Positions 18,777-32,588 of a stretch of DNA of 64,000 bases are shown here, piece by piece (positions within the stretch are counted from its first letter, which is position 1; each line of letters opens with the position of its first letter). The notes beneath the pieces were generated by a model. The model searched no databases. It was not told the DNA's origin and saw nothing but the letters and a program-made list of their open reading frames with translations. Origin of the DNA: Ptychomitrium polyphyllum. Lineage: Eukaryota. The DNA lies in NCBI GenBank assembly GCA_973851085.1, contig OZ316775.1, forward strand, positions 16,678,001 through 16,742,000. Reading direction: 5' to 3'. The translations under genes and the position numbers were made by a program.

Positions 18777-21700
18777 AAAATTAAACTTAAAGCTTTGTAT
18801 TTACATTCATAATAGTTGTGACTTTGTGTTCAACAATGTTTATATTAACAAATTATCATTTGAATGAAGACTTGAAAAATAATAAATCATTATTACATGT
18901 GTGTATACTCCAATTATAAATAACAAAGATTACATATGTATTTATTAGAAAAATTAAAACTATTAAGATTTTAAAGAAAAATGGATAAATTTGAAATCAA
19001 CTCAAGAGTTAAATTACAATATTGTCACAACATCCCTTTAAAAGCTTCATAGAATAGGAAGCCTTTTATGGATATTGTTTGTTATGCTTGAATTGTAAGG
19101 AATTAAATATAGAAAATTATTAAAAAATAATACAAAAATTTCTAAGTAATATCCGTTTTGAAGTCTTTTAAAAGGCATTGTGAATAATACTCACCAAAGG
19201 AACTTTTAAGAGAATTGCAGGCAATATCTATAAAAAATGGCTATTTAGTAGAAAAATGTTTTTTTGATTTTGCAAGAGAATTGCATGAAAGAAATCTTTT
19301 AAATCAAAATTAAAATTATATTAAATATTTGTAACTTATTCCTATGTGATTTCAATAAAAAAATAAAAAAATACATTATGATTGTTATACATTACAAAAA
19401 AATTAAAATCATAATTAAATCTTGAAATAAATTATAGCACATATGTATTCAATGCCCAATGAATATTACACTTGGAACCAAAGTGACAAATCCACAAATG
19501 GAAATAATTCTTAACATCTATGTGTATATCAAAAAACATTTGGATGCTTTGCAATTTGTGCCCTAATAGATAATGACTAAAAAATTTCATTGAGTTTTCA
19601 TTATTTTGGAAGTTGGAAAAAATATAGGCCTAAAAATAATTTTGAACAATATTTAGAATCCTGTTGGATTGAAAAAATCTCTATTTCTATAAATTCTTTT
19701 AAAATGTTAGAAAATTGGTTGTTAACGAATGCCATACTACTTCATTCCAAAGCTTTGTTTATACATAGATAACAAACAGTATGGAACTATATTCATAGAA
19801 TAGTGCCAACAATTAATCCTCTTACAAATATGGACAAGGAGGCCCATGCCCTCCCACCTACTCTGCTCCAAAGGTGATTGCCCTTGCAATTAGGCTACTT
19901 GAGTTTAAGGGATAGACGAACAATTGTTGCTCCCATGTACCCCTTCCGTTCTTGATGGCACAAATGAATGAGTACCTCTCTACCCCTGCGGAGTCCCAAT
20001 GCTGAGAGGGTACATATTGGATTTTCAGAAGAGGTGAGCGAAATCCTTATTCATTGATAGCATAAGACAGCGAAGTGCATGCATCTGGCGCTAATCCCGA
20101 TGATGTTCCCCAATGTACAGTACATTGAGTGCATGTAGTCAGGTATAGTCGTCCGTTTGTACCCATCCGTCTTTATTGAAGACTTATAGAAGATACCGTA
20201 GTCATTCCTATACTGTATACTGCAAGTGCAACTGAAAATTGATTGCATGATCTTTGTCGAGATTACCTGGCTCTGAACTAATTCTGTTGCAGTAAACCTT
20301 GCCTTGTGGCTACTTTTTGTTTTAAGTCGTATTGAGTTGCACTAATCTTTTGATCAGATATGTTTTGAGATCTATGCCTCTCCTAGAGGCCAGGACTTTT
20401 CCAACTTTTGGGGGGAAGGGGGGGGGGGGCGCGGGGGTTGACTAGGTTGGCGTCTGAATTTCTGTGCATCTACTCCCCGTAAATCAGGGTGACAACGTCG
20501 CTGAAAATTCCAGGATCCGGGGTTTAAAAGTTCAGATTCCTTCATGTTTGTGGAGGCAAATCAGAATTAGTTGACCCAGTTGATGAGGCTCACGAGAATA
20601 CTGCCTGCAGTCACGAGAATACTGAATCTTAGTACAGTGGGAATGGGGTTCCCTGAGAAGGGAATGGGGTTGTGGGTTTGATTCTAGGTGCCGAAGGCCA
20701 CAGGCAAGTGGAGCATCGGCAGTGACTCTGGAATAGCCGCAGCTGCACACTTTCCCCCTGTCACATTCCAAGGATCTTTTTCCTGCCATCTTGGGCCTTT
20801 ATATTTGGTTCCCTTTCGTTCCTTGTCGTTACCTCCCGCTGTCAATAAAAGCCTGCTCGGAAACGAACATTTGGAAACGAATGGGGACACAGTTCCACGG
20901 TCCACTTCGGAACCCTGGGAATAGCAAGATGCTCCAGTTGCTCGCGCACTCTGAACGTCCTAAAGTTTCATCCGTCATGCATGCAATCGAGCTTGATTTA
21001 CGTTCTTGCCTGCTAATTCTAACCGTAAGCACATCAGTGTGAGATCTTGGCAGACACAGCAGGCTGCTTCAGGAGCTGCATCTCCCGACTCTAATCATGC
21101 ACTGGTGTGTGCTGCATCGCGATCCCTCGACCCCTGTGCTCCACTAGCACAGTAAAGCCCTCCCCTGAGTCCCCACCCCATGAGTTATGGTAACTTTGTG
21201 AACTTAATGCCAAACGCCACGAGTGTCTGTGAACTAAACCAACCGCTAAGAGACACAGCATCCGAGCATCCGAGCATCAGGTACATGGATCATGAAAGGA
21301 CCAAGGCTGACCGCATCTCACCTACGGGTGTGACCAGAAGCAAATCCTCAGAATATGAGCATCGAAGTATCAATAAAGGACACGGATCATGAAGTGGACA
21401 CGGATTCATCCATCCACCAACAGACGCTGTTCTCTGCATCCATCCACCAGGCAAGGCTTTTTTCCATCCATCCATCCTGACATGACCATTTGGCTCTTGT
21501 GATCCAGTTCTACACATTTGACTGACCATTTCTCATAGAGGCGGGTTATAGTGACGATGGATTTATGTTTTCGTGATTATGTAAGTATATGCGCACACAA
21601 TATTTTCAAATGCAATGAATTTGTAATGCTTCCCGGTTCTGCCATTTCTAAATTCATTTCTTCAAAACCTATGATAAGTTCGAGAGATTCTTGTTCAGTC

Positions 21701-24700
21701 AACGTCCTGCCCTTGAATCATTCACCATTTTGGAAGAAGCTTGGAGTTAACCAAAATAGCCCAAAGAAGAAAGTTTTGATACACTAGTGGTAGGGCTCTT
21801 TTTTGTAGAAAAACTAAGTAAAAACTGGTCTATGTTATGTTGTGAGATAATTAACAACATTGCCTCGTTATTTTCCATACCACTTCATAAATTCCACACC
21901 TTCTATTGGTTTTCCAAGGTACAGCCAGAAGTGGAGCAAAATAGACAGTTATTCAAACAATTTCATTGTTGAATCTATTTTTCGATATTTTTCAATATTG
22001 ATAGAGTATATACTGATGCTTTTATCAAACCATTCAAATCAGTCAATGTAAATGTTTTTGATAGATTGAAAGAATGTTTAATAAATTCGTAGTTATTTAT
22101 AGAATATTCAGATTATATAACATGGGCGATTTCCAAAAACCAAAATAAAACTTTAACTATTTTTAATATTATATAAAACTATCAATGTATTTTCACAATT
22201 TTTGGAAGTAAATCTAAATAATATCCTTTTAGTATATGCAATATAAAGATATGCAAACAATAGTATATAGATGACATCTTTTTCAAGTCAAGTGATATTT
22301 TATGAAGATGATATTGTTTCCTGATTTTGTGTACAGTTTTGTAATAGTGTCACATTAGTATAATTGCAAACTCGTGTGTTAATCTTGTATTTGTACATTT
22401 GAGTTGTTTTCTATTCTAATATTTGTACTTTACATAATTCGGTCATTTCCTTTTTGCATTTTTATTTAAGCTTTTGCAATTTAATTTAAGTTTGTGTGTT
22501 TGCCTATTTGATATTTGCATTTGTGCATTTATTGTATTTTTATAATTGCATACTTGTGCATCTGTCTACTTGGGTATCAACACAAGAGCATAATTGTAAA
22601 ACATGGTAAGATTATTTAGGAATGTAATATTGATATTTGTGATCCCATTGCACATGTGAATCATACATGGGTTGAATTATGTCTTTAAATCCTACCTTAA
22701 AGAGCTAACATGCTCTTCATTCATCTCTTAACTTCAAAAAGGACTTGCAAAAAAAAAAGAAATTGATCAAGTTGGTGAATCAGTCTTATACTGAAATATG
22801 GGCTCTAATTATAAACAGAAATTGATGAATAGATTGATGAAATTAATGGCATTCATTTAGAAGAGAAATTTTGACAAGTTTTCAAACACCTTGGATATAA
22901 AATTTTAAACAATAAATAACGTATTGGAAATAGAATAAAAGAAACATTTTTATAATATTCTGTTAAATATTAAAGTTTGAATATAAACATGATGCAAAAT
23001 TGGAATCACTAGGCCATTTGTGGGCTAATAGAATGTTATACATCAATCTCTTTGATAATCAACAATATCAAATAAGGTTAGAATATTTTATAATTTATAT
23101 TGAATAATTTTGACAAATGTATGAGGTAGTGGATTAAAAAAAGAAAAAAATATAGTGTCTTAGGATTGTGCATGATACTCATTATTAAATGCAATTTGGT
23201 TTAAAGATAGAATTGTACATTTTATGTATAACATAGTTAATTCAAAAAAGTAAGACTGTTATTAAATTATATATTTACATCATGAAATCAATTTTTAGTC
23301 AATTGCTTCAAATACAAATACTAATATTAAAATTGTAGTTTTCATAGATTAAAGTTTAAATGCATTTATAATCATTATATAATGATCCAAATAATCTTTT
23401 AAATATTAAAACATAATTCTTTCACATTTTTCTTTTTATAATTATTTTTGATTCAAATGTCATCAAAGATGCATAAATAGCTTACTATAAGTTATTTTTA
23501 TTTTTATTCATATACTTCTTAGATATTCCACAAATAAAAGGCTCAACAAAAAGAATGAAGAATGTTGCAATAATTTCATAACTAAATTTCATCATATAAA
23601 AAAAAAAGTGGAGAATGACAAGCCTTTAAATCATTTGTATTTAAATATAATACTTTATTATTAATAAATATATAAGTATGAAATTCTTTTCAAGAAGAAT
23701 ATTGGGCAATTAAACCTTAATTAAGATAGTATTGTACTAACCATTAAAGATCCTAGCGAGTAACCATAAAAACATATCTCATATTCATTGGTTCATTTGA
23801 ACATTTCAAGTCATGATTTATATTCTTTTAAAAGTTTCTTCAATTAAATTACATGTTATTATATATTTTAATGTTCTTAAATTATTGGTTTAGACACAAC
23901 CATATCATGACTAGTAAGAACAAAAAGTAGCGATTAAGATTTCTTTTAATTGCAAAATAGACTCACAAAATATGAAAGAAACTGCAAAGTTGCATATCAT
24001 AACTAACAAATCAATTTTGTTAAATTCACTTAAAACTTAATCTGATTTTAATTTATGATGAAAAAACTTGCAATTTAAGAAAGCTATAGGAATCATAATA
24101 TGTCCATTCAATTTGTGATTGTTGTAAATCATTCATTTTAAGAATCTTTGCATTGTTCGCTCGCTTTGCAATAGTAACTTTTACTAGCAAAATGTATTTT
24201 TTTGTAGTGAGCTTAAATGTAAACAAAATCATTCCAATAATTGAAAGTTGCAGACTGAAAAAGAAAAGTTGTAAATTTTGAATCACTGCATTAATTTGGT
24301 GTAATTGAAATGATTTTTCAATGGATATATACGTCCATAGTAGGCTTTTTTTCTTCTTTGAGCTTAATTTTTCACCCAAAATGACTTTGATTAGCATTGT
24401 GTTGCAAAGAGATCCTTATTCAAATCCATCAAAATTTATAACAAATAAAACTAGACTTTTTAGAAAATTTATAATAGAGGAAAAAAATATGGACGTAATT
24501 ACAAAATTCAATTGTGAATATTAATTTAATTATCTATGAATTCATACATTTAATACTATTTTATGATTTCTATGTTTTAATTTGTTTAACAAATATTTTT
24601 ATTCTCTCACTCCAAGAAATTATAGGTTTAACTTGTCAATCAAATTTGAAAACACAAATGATAATAAAATTTTATTTAAAAAAAAACTCTAAAATTGAAA

Positions 24701-26054
24701 AAAAATGGTGCTTATCAAAATTACTAAACCATTGAAAATCACAGTCAATATGTTTTATGAAGTTTGTGGTATCTTATGGTAGTTTGATCATCAATGTACA
24801 AGAAATAAAATAACAAATTAAATAGACATAAGAGATGGAGGTTGTTGATGATGAAAGAATGGAAGTAATTTTATTTGTTTATTTAGACATTTGAGATAAG
24901 TTTCGTACAATAAAAGAATTATGTTCATTTTAATCACAATAACAAAAAAAAAAAAAACGTTTTCATTACTTTCACATAATGGATATTATTCATTTCCTAA
25001 CTGCTTCTTTAGCAATTATTAAATGTCGTTTGAAGAAATGAATTACATTCCATATTACAGAAGTTGTTATAGTTGATTGTTTTAAAAAAATAAGGGATTT
25101 GGATATCCATACCTTATTTTACTTTGCTGGCACCAGATTGTACATAAAAAAATAAAATTTTATAGCGTGCATCTTCAAAGCAGCCTAGACTCTTGTTCTA
25201 TGGTTCACAAGATTTTCCATTGTAGGTACAAAATCCTTTTCTTCTTCACGTGAGTCTTCCATTAGCACCCAAGTGTGTTTTAAACATCAAATAAATAAAA
25301 TCAAGTACTAACATGTTATCACAAGGCACACTCCCCGTATAACCCGGGTACCAAATAATTAGCAACATGTTCACACTTGATAAATCTAATCATCATTTGA
25401 GTACTATTATATTATTACAATATCTTCCAGCTTTGGGCGCCTCCCACAGGGAAGAATCTCAGGCTTCAGTCTCGAGCTCATAATCATCCCATTGCAAATC
25501 CGGACCTATCCAGGCACCGCCCAGGGTATCAATCGGCGCATCAATACAGACATTCACTCCACAACCAGCCCTGATTCGCTTTAGGGCTGGCACAACTGAG
25601 ACGAAGCTGCTTCAGGCTGGGGAGTTTCCTGCATGCACTTTTAGATTAATACCTGGGCGACGACCGCGTTATACTAATGAAGTACCTGGTTTATACTCAG
25701 GCGAGCATCCCGGGCAATAGGCAAGTTTATTCTATGACGTCCAGGGACCATTTTACCGTGCACGGTACATTTTCTACCAATATCCAAGTATTACCTAGTT
25801 GTCACACAAGTATAACCAGGATATCGAACATACTATCAGAAGTATCACCATAGTAAAAAAGGACATACCGCAGTTTTCAGCTTGTCCAGTTATGGCATCA
25901 TTCGATTATTCTAGAGTTATTCTGAAGTAGTTCTTCGTGAAGAATCTTTGGCCTGTCGACGCTTAGTCTTGAGAGTGCACAAGTACGTGCTGCTGTGATC
26001 GAGGAAGGCTAACTGCAGCTGTGGTGGAGATCCTGTGGAGGGTGACGAAGTACG

Positions 26055-26853
26055 ATGCAGCCTAGCAAGGGACCTTCGTCGCAGAGATCGGGTGTGGCTG
26101 CTGCAAGTTTAGCAGCGCCGGGAAAATCGGCAATTCCAGGATGCATCCGTTCGCTTCCCGGTGCGACTGTCGCCGTTTGCATCCACGCCAAGCCGGGCAG
26201 CCGCTTGTCGGCCATCACGGGTGGGTTGGTAGTTCCCTGACGTGCAGTATATTCTTGACTTTTATGCTTGTTGACTTGTGCAGTGTCTGGTTGATTCTTT
26301 TGGATATGTCCGTAATGACGTGATACATTTGCTTGAGTTCTTGTTGTTCCTGTTCAGACGTGGCAGATGATACGGTAGGAGTGCAGATTGATGCCCCTGC
26401 GCGCGAAGGAGAGGCTAATGCGGCATAGTTGGACTACACGGCAGAGTTGATTCTTTAAGACAGTAGTCGTTTCACTTGCACGTGTGGCGGTTCAATGAAC
26501 GAACTTGGTGTTTATACCTTGTGAATTGTCGAAATGAAATATCAGGTTTTAATGTAGATTCCGTCGGGAGGTTTTCAGATGTGGATATTGTAGAGAGTTC
26601 TAAGAAGAGAAGGCTACAGTAATGTTTCCCAACATTGTGTGACTCAGGTGCAAGGTTATGTTGCTCTTTGCAGGAGTTTCGATTTAGTATGGTTGTTGAT
26701 CCGTGGTTTGGATGTTTGCAGATCCTGGGTGTGAAGAGGAGGAAACTGTCACTAAGGGCAGGCTCACGATGTAGAGAGAAGCTGGTAACCGTCGAGGGTG
26801 TCACCGTGGACAAAGTTTTTGAAGCACTTTGTAGAGCAACTTCCACCTTATAA
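26055..26853 (+). pseudogene. UPF0235/DUF167 (YggU-like) gene with a premature stop and a broken splice donor
   Basis: Exon 1 26055-26220 (..[17 protein letters not shown]), exon 2 26358-26446 (DVADDTVGVQIDAPAREGEANAA*LDYTAE), exon 3 26722-26853 (ILGVKRRKLSLRAGSRCREKLVTVEGVTVDKVFEAL..). In-frame TAG at 26426-26428. The phase-0 donor reads TT (26447-26448) instead of GT. Confidence 0.85.
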
Positions 26854-27326
26854 CATTACTTTCGGTTTTGTTTCTGATTTATCGACTAGATGAAGAGTAT
26901 ACAGGGAAGGAAAGGGCAAGGAAGCTCAAATTGCTCAAGAGTCAGAACATTTAGTGTATGTGAAAAGAGTCATGACATAGTTATAACTATACAGCAATTG
27001 AGAAGATCCTGAACTGGTACGGCCATTTTGATCTCAGTTGTAAAATTAATACTAAAATTATATAAGATTGTCACTTAAATACATGCTGTCAGAAACGACT
27101 TACCAGGCCTCTTACTATTCATTTTGCTGTATTTAGCAATCAAAGGTTGATCTCGATTTTGCTTGCACTCTACATCTTGAAGTTCAGACAAGAAGCTTTC
27201 GGATGCATTTCAACTGCTGTAAAAACGTATTTAGTGAAACTCAGGCAGTTGCACCAAAGAATCTCCTCTACTGCAATTAGCGCACTCTCCCCAAACTCAC
27301 AAAGATACACTAAAGACCACGTATAA

Positions 27327-30300
27327 CTACTTAATTCCGCCACTGGCGATGGACTCGACTTTACATATACCACCTGAGGTTGTGAAAGGCACATCCTTGT
27401 ACTGAGCAACAAGATCAGCTGAAGTGCGTAGATCGGGCTGAACAGTCTCCCAAATCTTCTTCTTTGGATTGAGGATGTCATCGGGCTCTCCAGGAAAACC
27501 AGCGAATGTCACCCTCTCACCGACCTGGGCATCTGCAGGAGGGGACACTAGCTCAACCTCCGTATGGTCAGCATTTGAAGCAGCCAAGACCATCGCTTGA
27601 GACTTAATTCCTCTCATAGCTGCTGGCTTCAAGTTGCACAGGACACACACCTTCCGATTCTGCACATCAACACCCAACACTTTGGTCAGCAGCAAACATT
27701 CACCACTTTATCAATTTGAGATGCAAATACAGCAGACTAAGGATACAAGAGTTTCAATCACAGTCAATTGCAACTATGTAAGAATCACACAAAAACCAGA
27801 AGAGCTGATAAGACTAAAACAGGTCTTCACTGTGCAGGTAACTTTGTGTGCAACTAAAACTCACCTCCAAGATGACCAGTAGAGAAATATGAATACCCTT
27901 GATAAGATGAGTTCAGAAACGTAGAACACATACCTGCATCTTCTCAATTGGGATGAATTTGACAAGTCCACTGACAACTGTCCTGGGAGTAGGCTCTCCA
28001 ACATCAATTTGCTCTACATAAAGCGAATCAGCATCTGGATGCTTCTTCACGTCTGTGATAAGCCCAACCCGAATATCAAGTCTTGATACATCAACTGGCA
28101 GATCCTTCACAACAGCTGGAGTTTTCTTTCCTGTTGCGACGCCCTTACCACCCTTCTTTGCTGTTATACCTTTCTCTGCAACACCTGCTGCACAACACCC
28201 CAACATGAACAGAGGTTGTTGAGTAGGCAGGTCCGGTTCAGTCTACCTACAATGTGGATGGTACTACGAATCAGCTTGATACAGACGTGTTGAATAAACT
28301 TATGATGACAGATGAAATGAATCACCAACTCGCAAACGATATACCAAACAAAGCAGTCATAGTTCTTGTTGAAGAGGGCTGTACTTGTGGTCGTGTTGGA
28401 TACCGACAGTGCTGCTGTTGCAGACTCCAAAGCTGCAGCAGCACGGTCAGCCTGACTACCAGCAAACTTGGCTCTGTAACTCTCCATTTCTTCATCTTTC
28501 TGAAACAATAATATATACCAAGGACCATTAGATTCTCAGTTAAGTTCAAGCATTCCTGACTGAAAGCTCTAAACAGCTCCACCGAGACGACACAACGACA
28601 GATAAATAATACATTGTTGCAAGGTTGAGAAGTAAACAAAACTTCAGTTGCATTTCTACATGATAAGATATAAAATAATCTATCTTTACAATTGTCGACA
28701 CTTGTCAAAGAACCAGCGCGTATATGGAGTTAGGGCGACAAATACCATTTCTGCAAATATCGGCTCAGGGTTTCCAATAGTGTGGCCTGATTGGACCAAG
28801 TTCCAAGGCTTAGAAGCGCGTTCCAAATCCCCATCTTCTTCCACAAGGCTCATGGTTGATATGGGAAGATTTAATTGCCCAAGAACCTGGAAGTGTATTA
28901 CTGCAGTTTAGCCCCAATACTTGTTTATATAAACTGACCAGACAAAAAAATTAACTACACAATTGAAATGCAGTCATGTACTTCACCTATTACGTGCATA
29001 CCTTTTGTGAGAACGACGGCATGAAAGGCTCGAGAAGTGTGGCCAAAAGATGGACTACCCCAATACTGGTCCTCAAGACTATTGCACATGCAGGTGGATC
29101 CTGCTTATACAACTTCCAGAACTGGCTCTCCTGTTAACAAAAATTTGTTGTAAGTTGCCAAGACAAAAGATACCTCTTCTCTGAAGATTGCAGATTCATC
29201 AGATTTTTGGTACAAAAACATTCAACAAAATATAGCAAATGTACGCTTATGCCTTACAAGCAAAAAATGTGTATCATTAGTAGATTTGAGACCTAGAAAC
29301 AGACCTGCAAGTACCCGTTGCCAAGACTAGATACTTGCATAGCAGCCTTAAGACCACCCTTCAATTTTACTGCCTCCATGCACTTGATATACTCATCAAC
29401 GGCGCCACTGATCTCAGCAGCAAACTTCTGGGTGAGCTCGTTTTCCTCAGGATTGCCAGTTTCGGGAATAACTTTACCATAACCTCCCTCCCCTACAATT
29501 GGGTCCCATAGCCAAATTCTGAGTTTAGATGAAATTTTGATTGACAGTTACCTCTCATCTGATTCAGCCTAATGGATCATGTACAGATGACGAACTCTTG
29601 AGTGTCTCTAAATAACTGTTTGGACAAACCTTGTTCATAACTCATAAAAAAGTGACAGATCCAAACCTGCTGGCTTTGCTAGAAAAGAGAGTGTTCGATG
29701 GACAAAGTTTCCAAGATTCTTAAGCAACTCATTGTTTTGCTTCGCTTGTAGATCTACCCATGTGAACGGCGTGTCAGATACCTGAATCATTACACTTGTA
29801 ACTATGAGCAGCAAAATAAACACATCGGACCCAGTGGCACTACTCATTTCATAAGCCAACCTCACACAAGTCTAACTTTAATTGTAAAGCAACATTCAAA
29901 GCAACATGATTACAGAAAATGCTTCTGGAGAAACCATGTCAATTGATCACGATTAAGTAACAAGAAGTTGTCCACAGTACCTCAGGACGATTTGTCAGGA
30001 GGTAGTATCTCCAGACTTCAACAGGTATATTTGTGGTTTTCACGTCATTTCCAAAAACACCGACTCCTCGACTCTTAGAGAATTTGCCTGCACAATACGG
30101 TACCAAAATCCGCAAACGACTTCAATAAGTAGCAGCCACTACCTTTAGACAACACCATCATTGCAGACGCACGCAATGCACCAGAAGTAACAAAAGACCA
30201 CAAGCTTACTTCTTGATTGACATTGAAGTCAGTCTCTAAGCATTGAAATTTACAAATAGAAAAACAGAATCACATTAACGACTGTTCAACAGAAAACGCC

Positions 30301-32588
30301 TTTCGAAATGTTGTTACTAAGCAGGATAAAGGCCTACTAAAGAGTCCAGAAAGAATACACACCTGATTCATAGTTCAGGTATTCAGTAACACTGATAGTC
30401 TTCATCAAAGTCCATGGCTCTTCAGTTCCCAAAAGTGTGGATGGGAAGATGACCTGAAGTAAACAGCCACATAAATGAGACATCCAGGTTAAGGGTTCTC
30501 AAATACAAAATCCTGAAACCTGAAATATTGTGTAGAACTTTACACGAATAAACATCTACTATTAACATGGTGCATTGCTGAGATTAAACGCTATGAATCA
30601 AGAAGTGGTATAAGCTAAAATCTGTCTTACCGTATGGAATGGAACGTTGTCCTTTCCCATGAATTGAACCAATTCTACATCTTCCGGAGACTTCCACCAC
30701 TTCTCCCATTCAGGGGTATAGTTGGCGGTGATTGATATATAACCGATCGGAGCATCAAACCAGACATAAAACACCTGAGCTTTCACATACGGCACATGAT
30801 CAGAAACCTGATCATAACCATAATCAAAACCTACTATCGGTACAGCTATATATACTACACGGTTATTGCACGATTATTTCTTTACATATTCCTAGAACGG
30901 AAAATCCATTTCCCGGCTACTACAGCTGTGACCAATACCTCGTTACAAAGTAAAAAAGAAGAGAGAATACTTCAAGTAATTAGATAGGCATGGCAGTTCT
31001 CTATAAAGCCATTCTGAAGTGATAGCCAACAAAAGTAGGTGAAGCCACACAAAGAAACATGTCTATACTTTGTAAGTCATTATTGTGCATTAGGATGTAT
31101 AACCTTTTCTTTGTACTTTTCTAGGGGAACTGGGACGCCCCACTTGAGGTCTCGTGTGATACACCGCTCCTTCAGCCCGTCACGAATCCAGGCATTCGTT
31201 TGCTGAATAGAATTGGAACTCCACCCTCCTCTCTTCGATGTGCCAGAAATATAAGACTGCAGCTGGCTATTAAGACTAGGGAGGTCCAGGAATAGGTGGT
31301 CGGTCTTCCGCAATTCTGGAGGATTGCCACACACCTGCATGGAAACAAGATACCTGGAGTTTTCAATTTGTTTGTGAAAATTATAACATGGTGATATAAA
31401 CCTTAAACCCTAAACCCTAAAATACACTAGTAAGCCCATCACAAATGTAGATTGAATCTAACCTTGCACCTGGGATCAATCAGCTCCTCTGCATTGAGAA
31501 GCTTTCCACAACGATCACACTGGTCCCCTCTAGCATCCTCGTACCCACAGCCAGGGGTAGGGCATGTACCCTCCACCAACCTGTCTGCTAAAAACCTGTT
31601 GCAGGTGGTGCAATATGGCTGATTCGATCCAAAGGACAAGATGTTAGACGTCTGGTCGCTCCAACCCAAAGTTATCTCTTTATAATCTCGGCTATTGTGA
31701 CCATGTCTCCTGGAACTGAACTCACTAGAAAGAAACGGAACAATTTCTATGATTAAAAACGTAGATTAGGGATTATGCTTCCTGACTTATCGACTCAGAG
31801 TTATCCACACTGTAGTTCCTGCTTTTTCCAATCTAATGCAAAATTCTATGCAAAATTGAAACTTGAAAGTCGGCCTAACAAACCTGAGTCATAGTGTTCT
31901 CATTCAAACGCTTTTTATTGTACAATGACAAGAAGATGGACTGCGCAATTTCAGTCTGCTGAGGTGTGGAGGTTCGCCCAAAATTATCAAAGTCAATGTC
32001 AAACCACTCGTAAATGTCCTTATGGATGGCGTGGTACCTGCAGCAGAAACACGAAAACTCAGACAATAAACTCTGGTAATCAGAGTTCCTATCAAATCAT
32101 CGAAAGTGCAATTCACCGATCAAATTCTACACAGGTCCATGAAAGAGCAACAAACATACTTGTCACAAATCTGCCTAGGAGTAAGGCCCTCCTCCATCGC
32201 CTTCGTCTCCGTAGCAGTCCCGTACTCATCAGTTCCACACATATAGATAACATTGTAACCCCGTCTCCGGCAATAGCGCGCGTACACGTCCGCACTCAAC
32301 ACACCTGAACAGATCCAACCAACCTCCAGCTCAATCCTCCAGACAAAAACTCAAACTCAGCCAAATCCACCAAAACCGAACCAACAAAACAAAAGCTGCA
32401 ATTGCGAACTCCGTCAAAAAAACAACGAAAGCGTGAACCGAACTCTCACATCCAATGATGTTCCCAAGGTGAGGCACATTGTTGACGTAGGGAAGCGCAC
32501 TGGTGACCATAATATTGCGCTTGCCGGGCAGCGGAGTCCGAGGCGGACGATGCTCCCTCACGGCGTGGAAGCAATCGGAGTCCACCAT
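27327..32588 (-). CDS. MetRS: Methionine--tRNA ligase, cytosolic type, with C-terminal EMAPII/Trbp111-like tRNA-binding domain, ~812 aa
   Basis: 15 exons join in frame: 32588-32450, 32304-32160, 32037-31884, 31618-31463, 31334-31104, 30774-30631, 30453-30363, 30087-29981, 29781-29667, 29492-29305, 29130-29002, 28886-28746, 28499-28385, 28184-27934, 27659-27327. Motifs [15 protein letters not shown] (HIGH), GTDEYG, Zn knuckles, [59 protein letters not shown]. Confidence 0.97.
31398..31420. repeat. Short interstitial plant-telomere-like repeat (tandem telo-boxes) in a MetRS intron
   Basis: AAACCTT AAACCCT AAACCCT AA. Confidence 0.6.

Noticed and set aside
20580..20625. TGATGA...CTGA pair suggesting a C/D snoRNA
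   Set aside because: Only about 46 nt, no convincing terminal stem, no recognisable guide.
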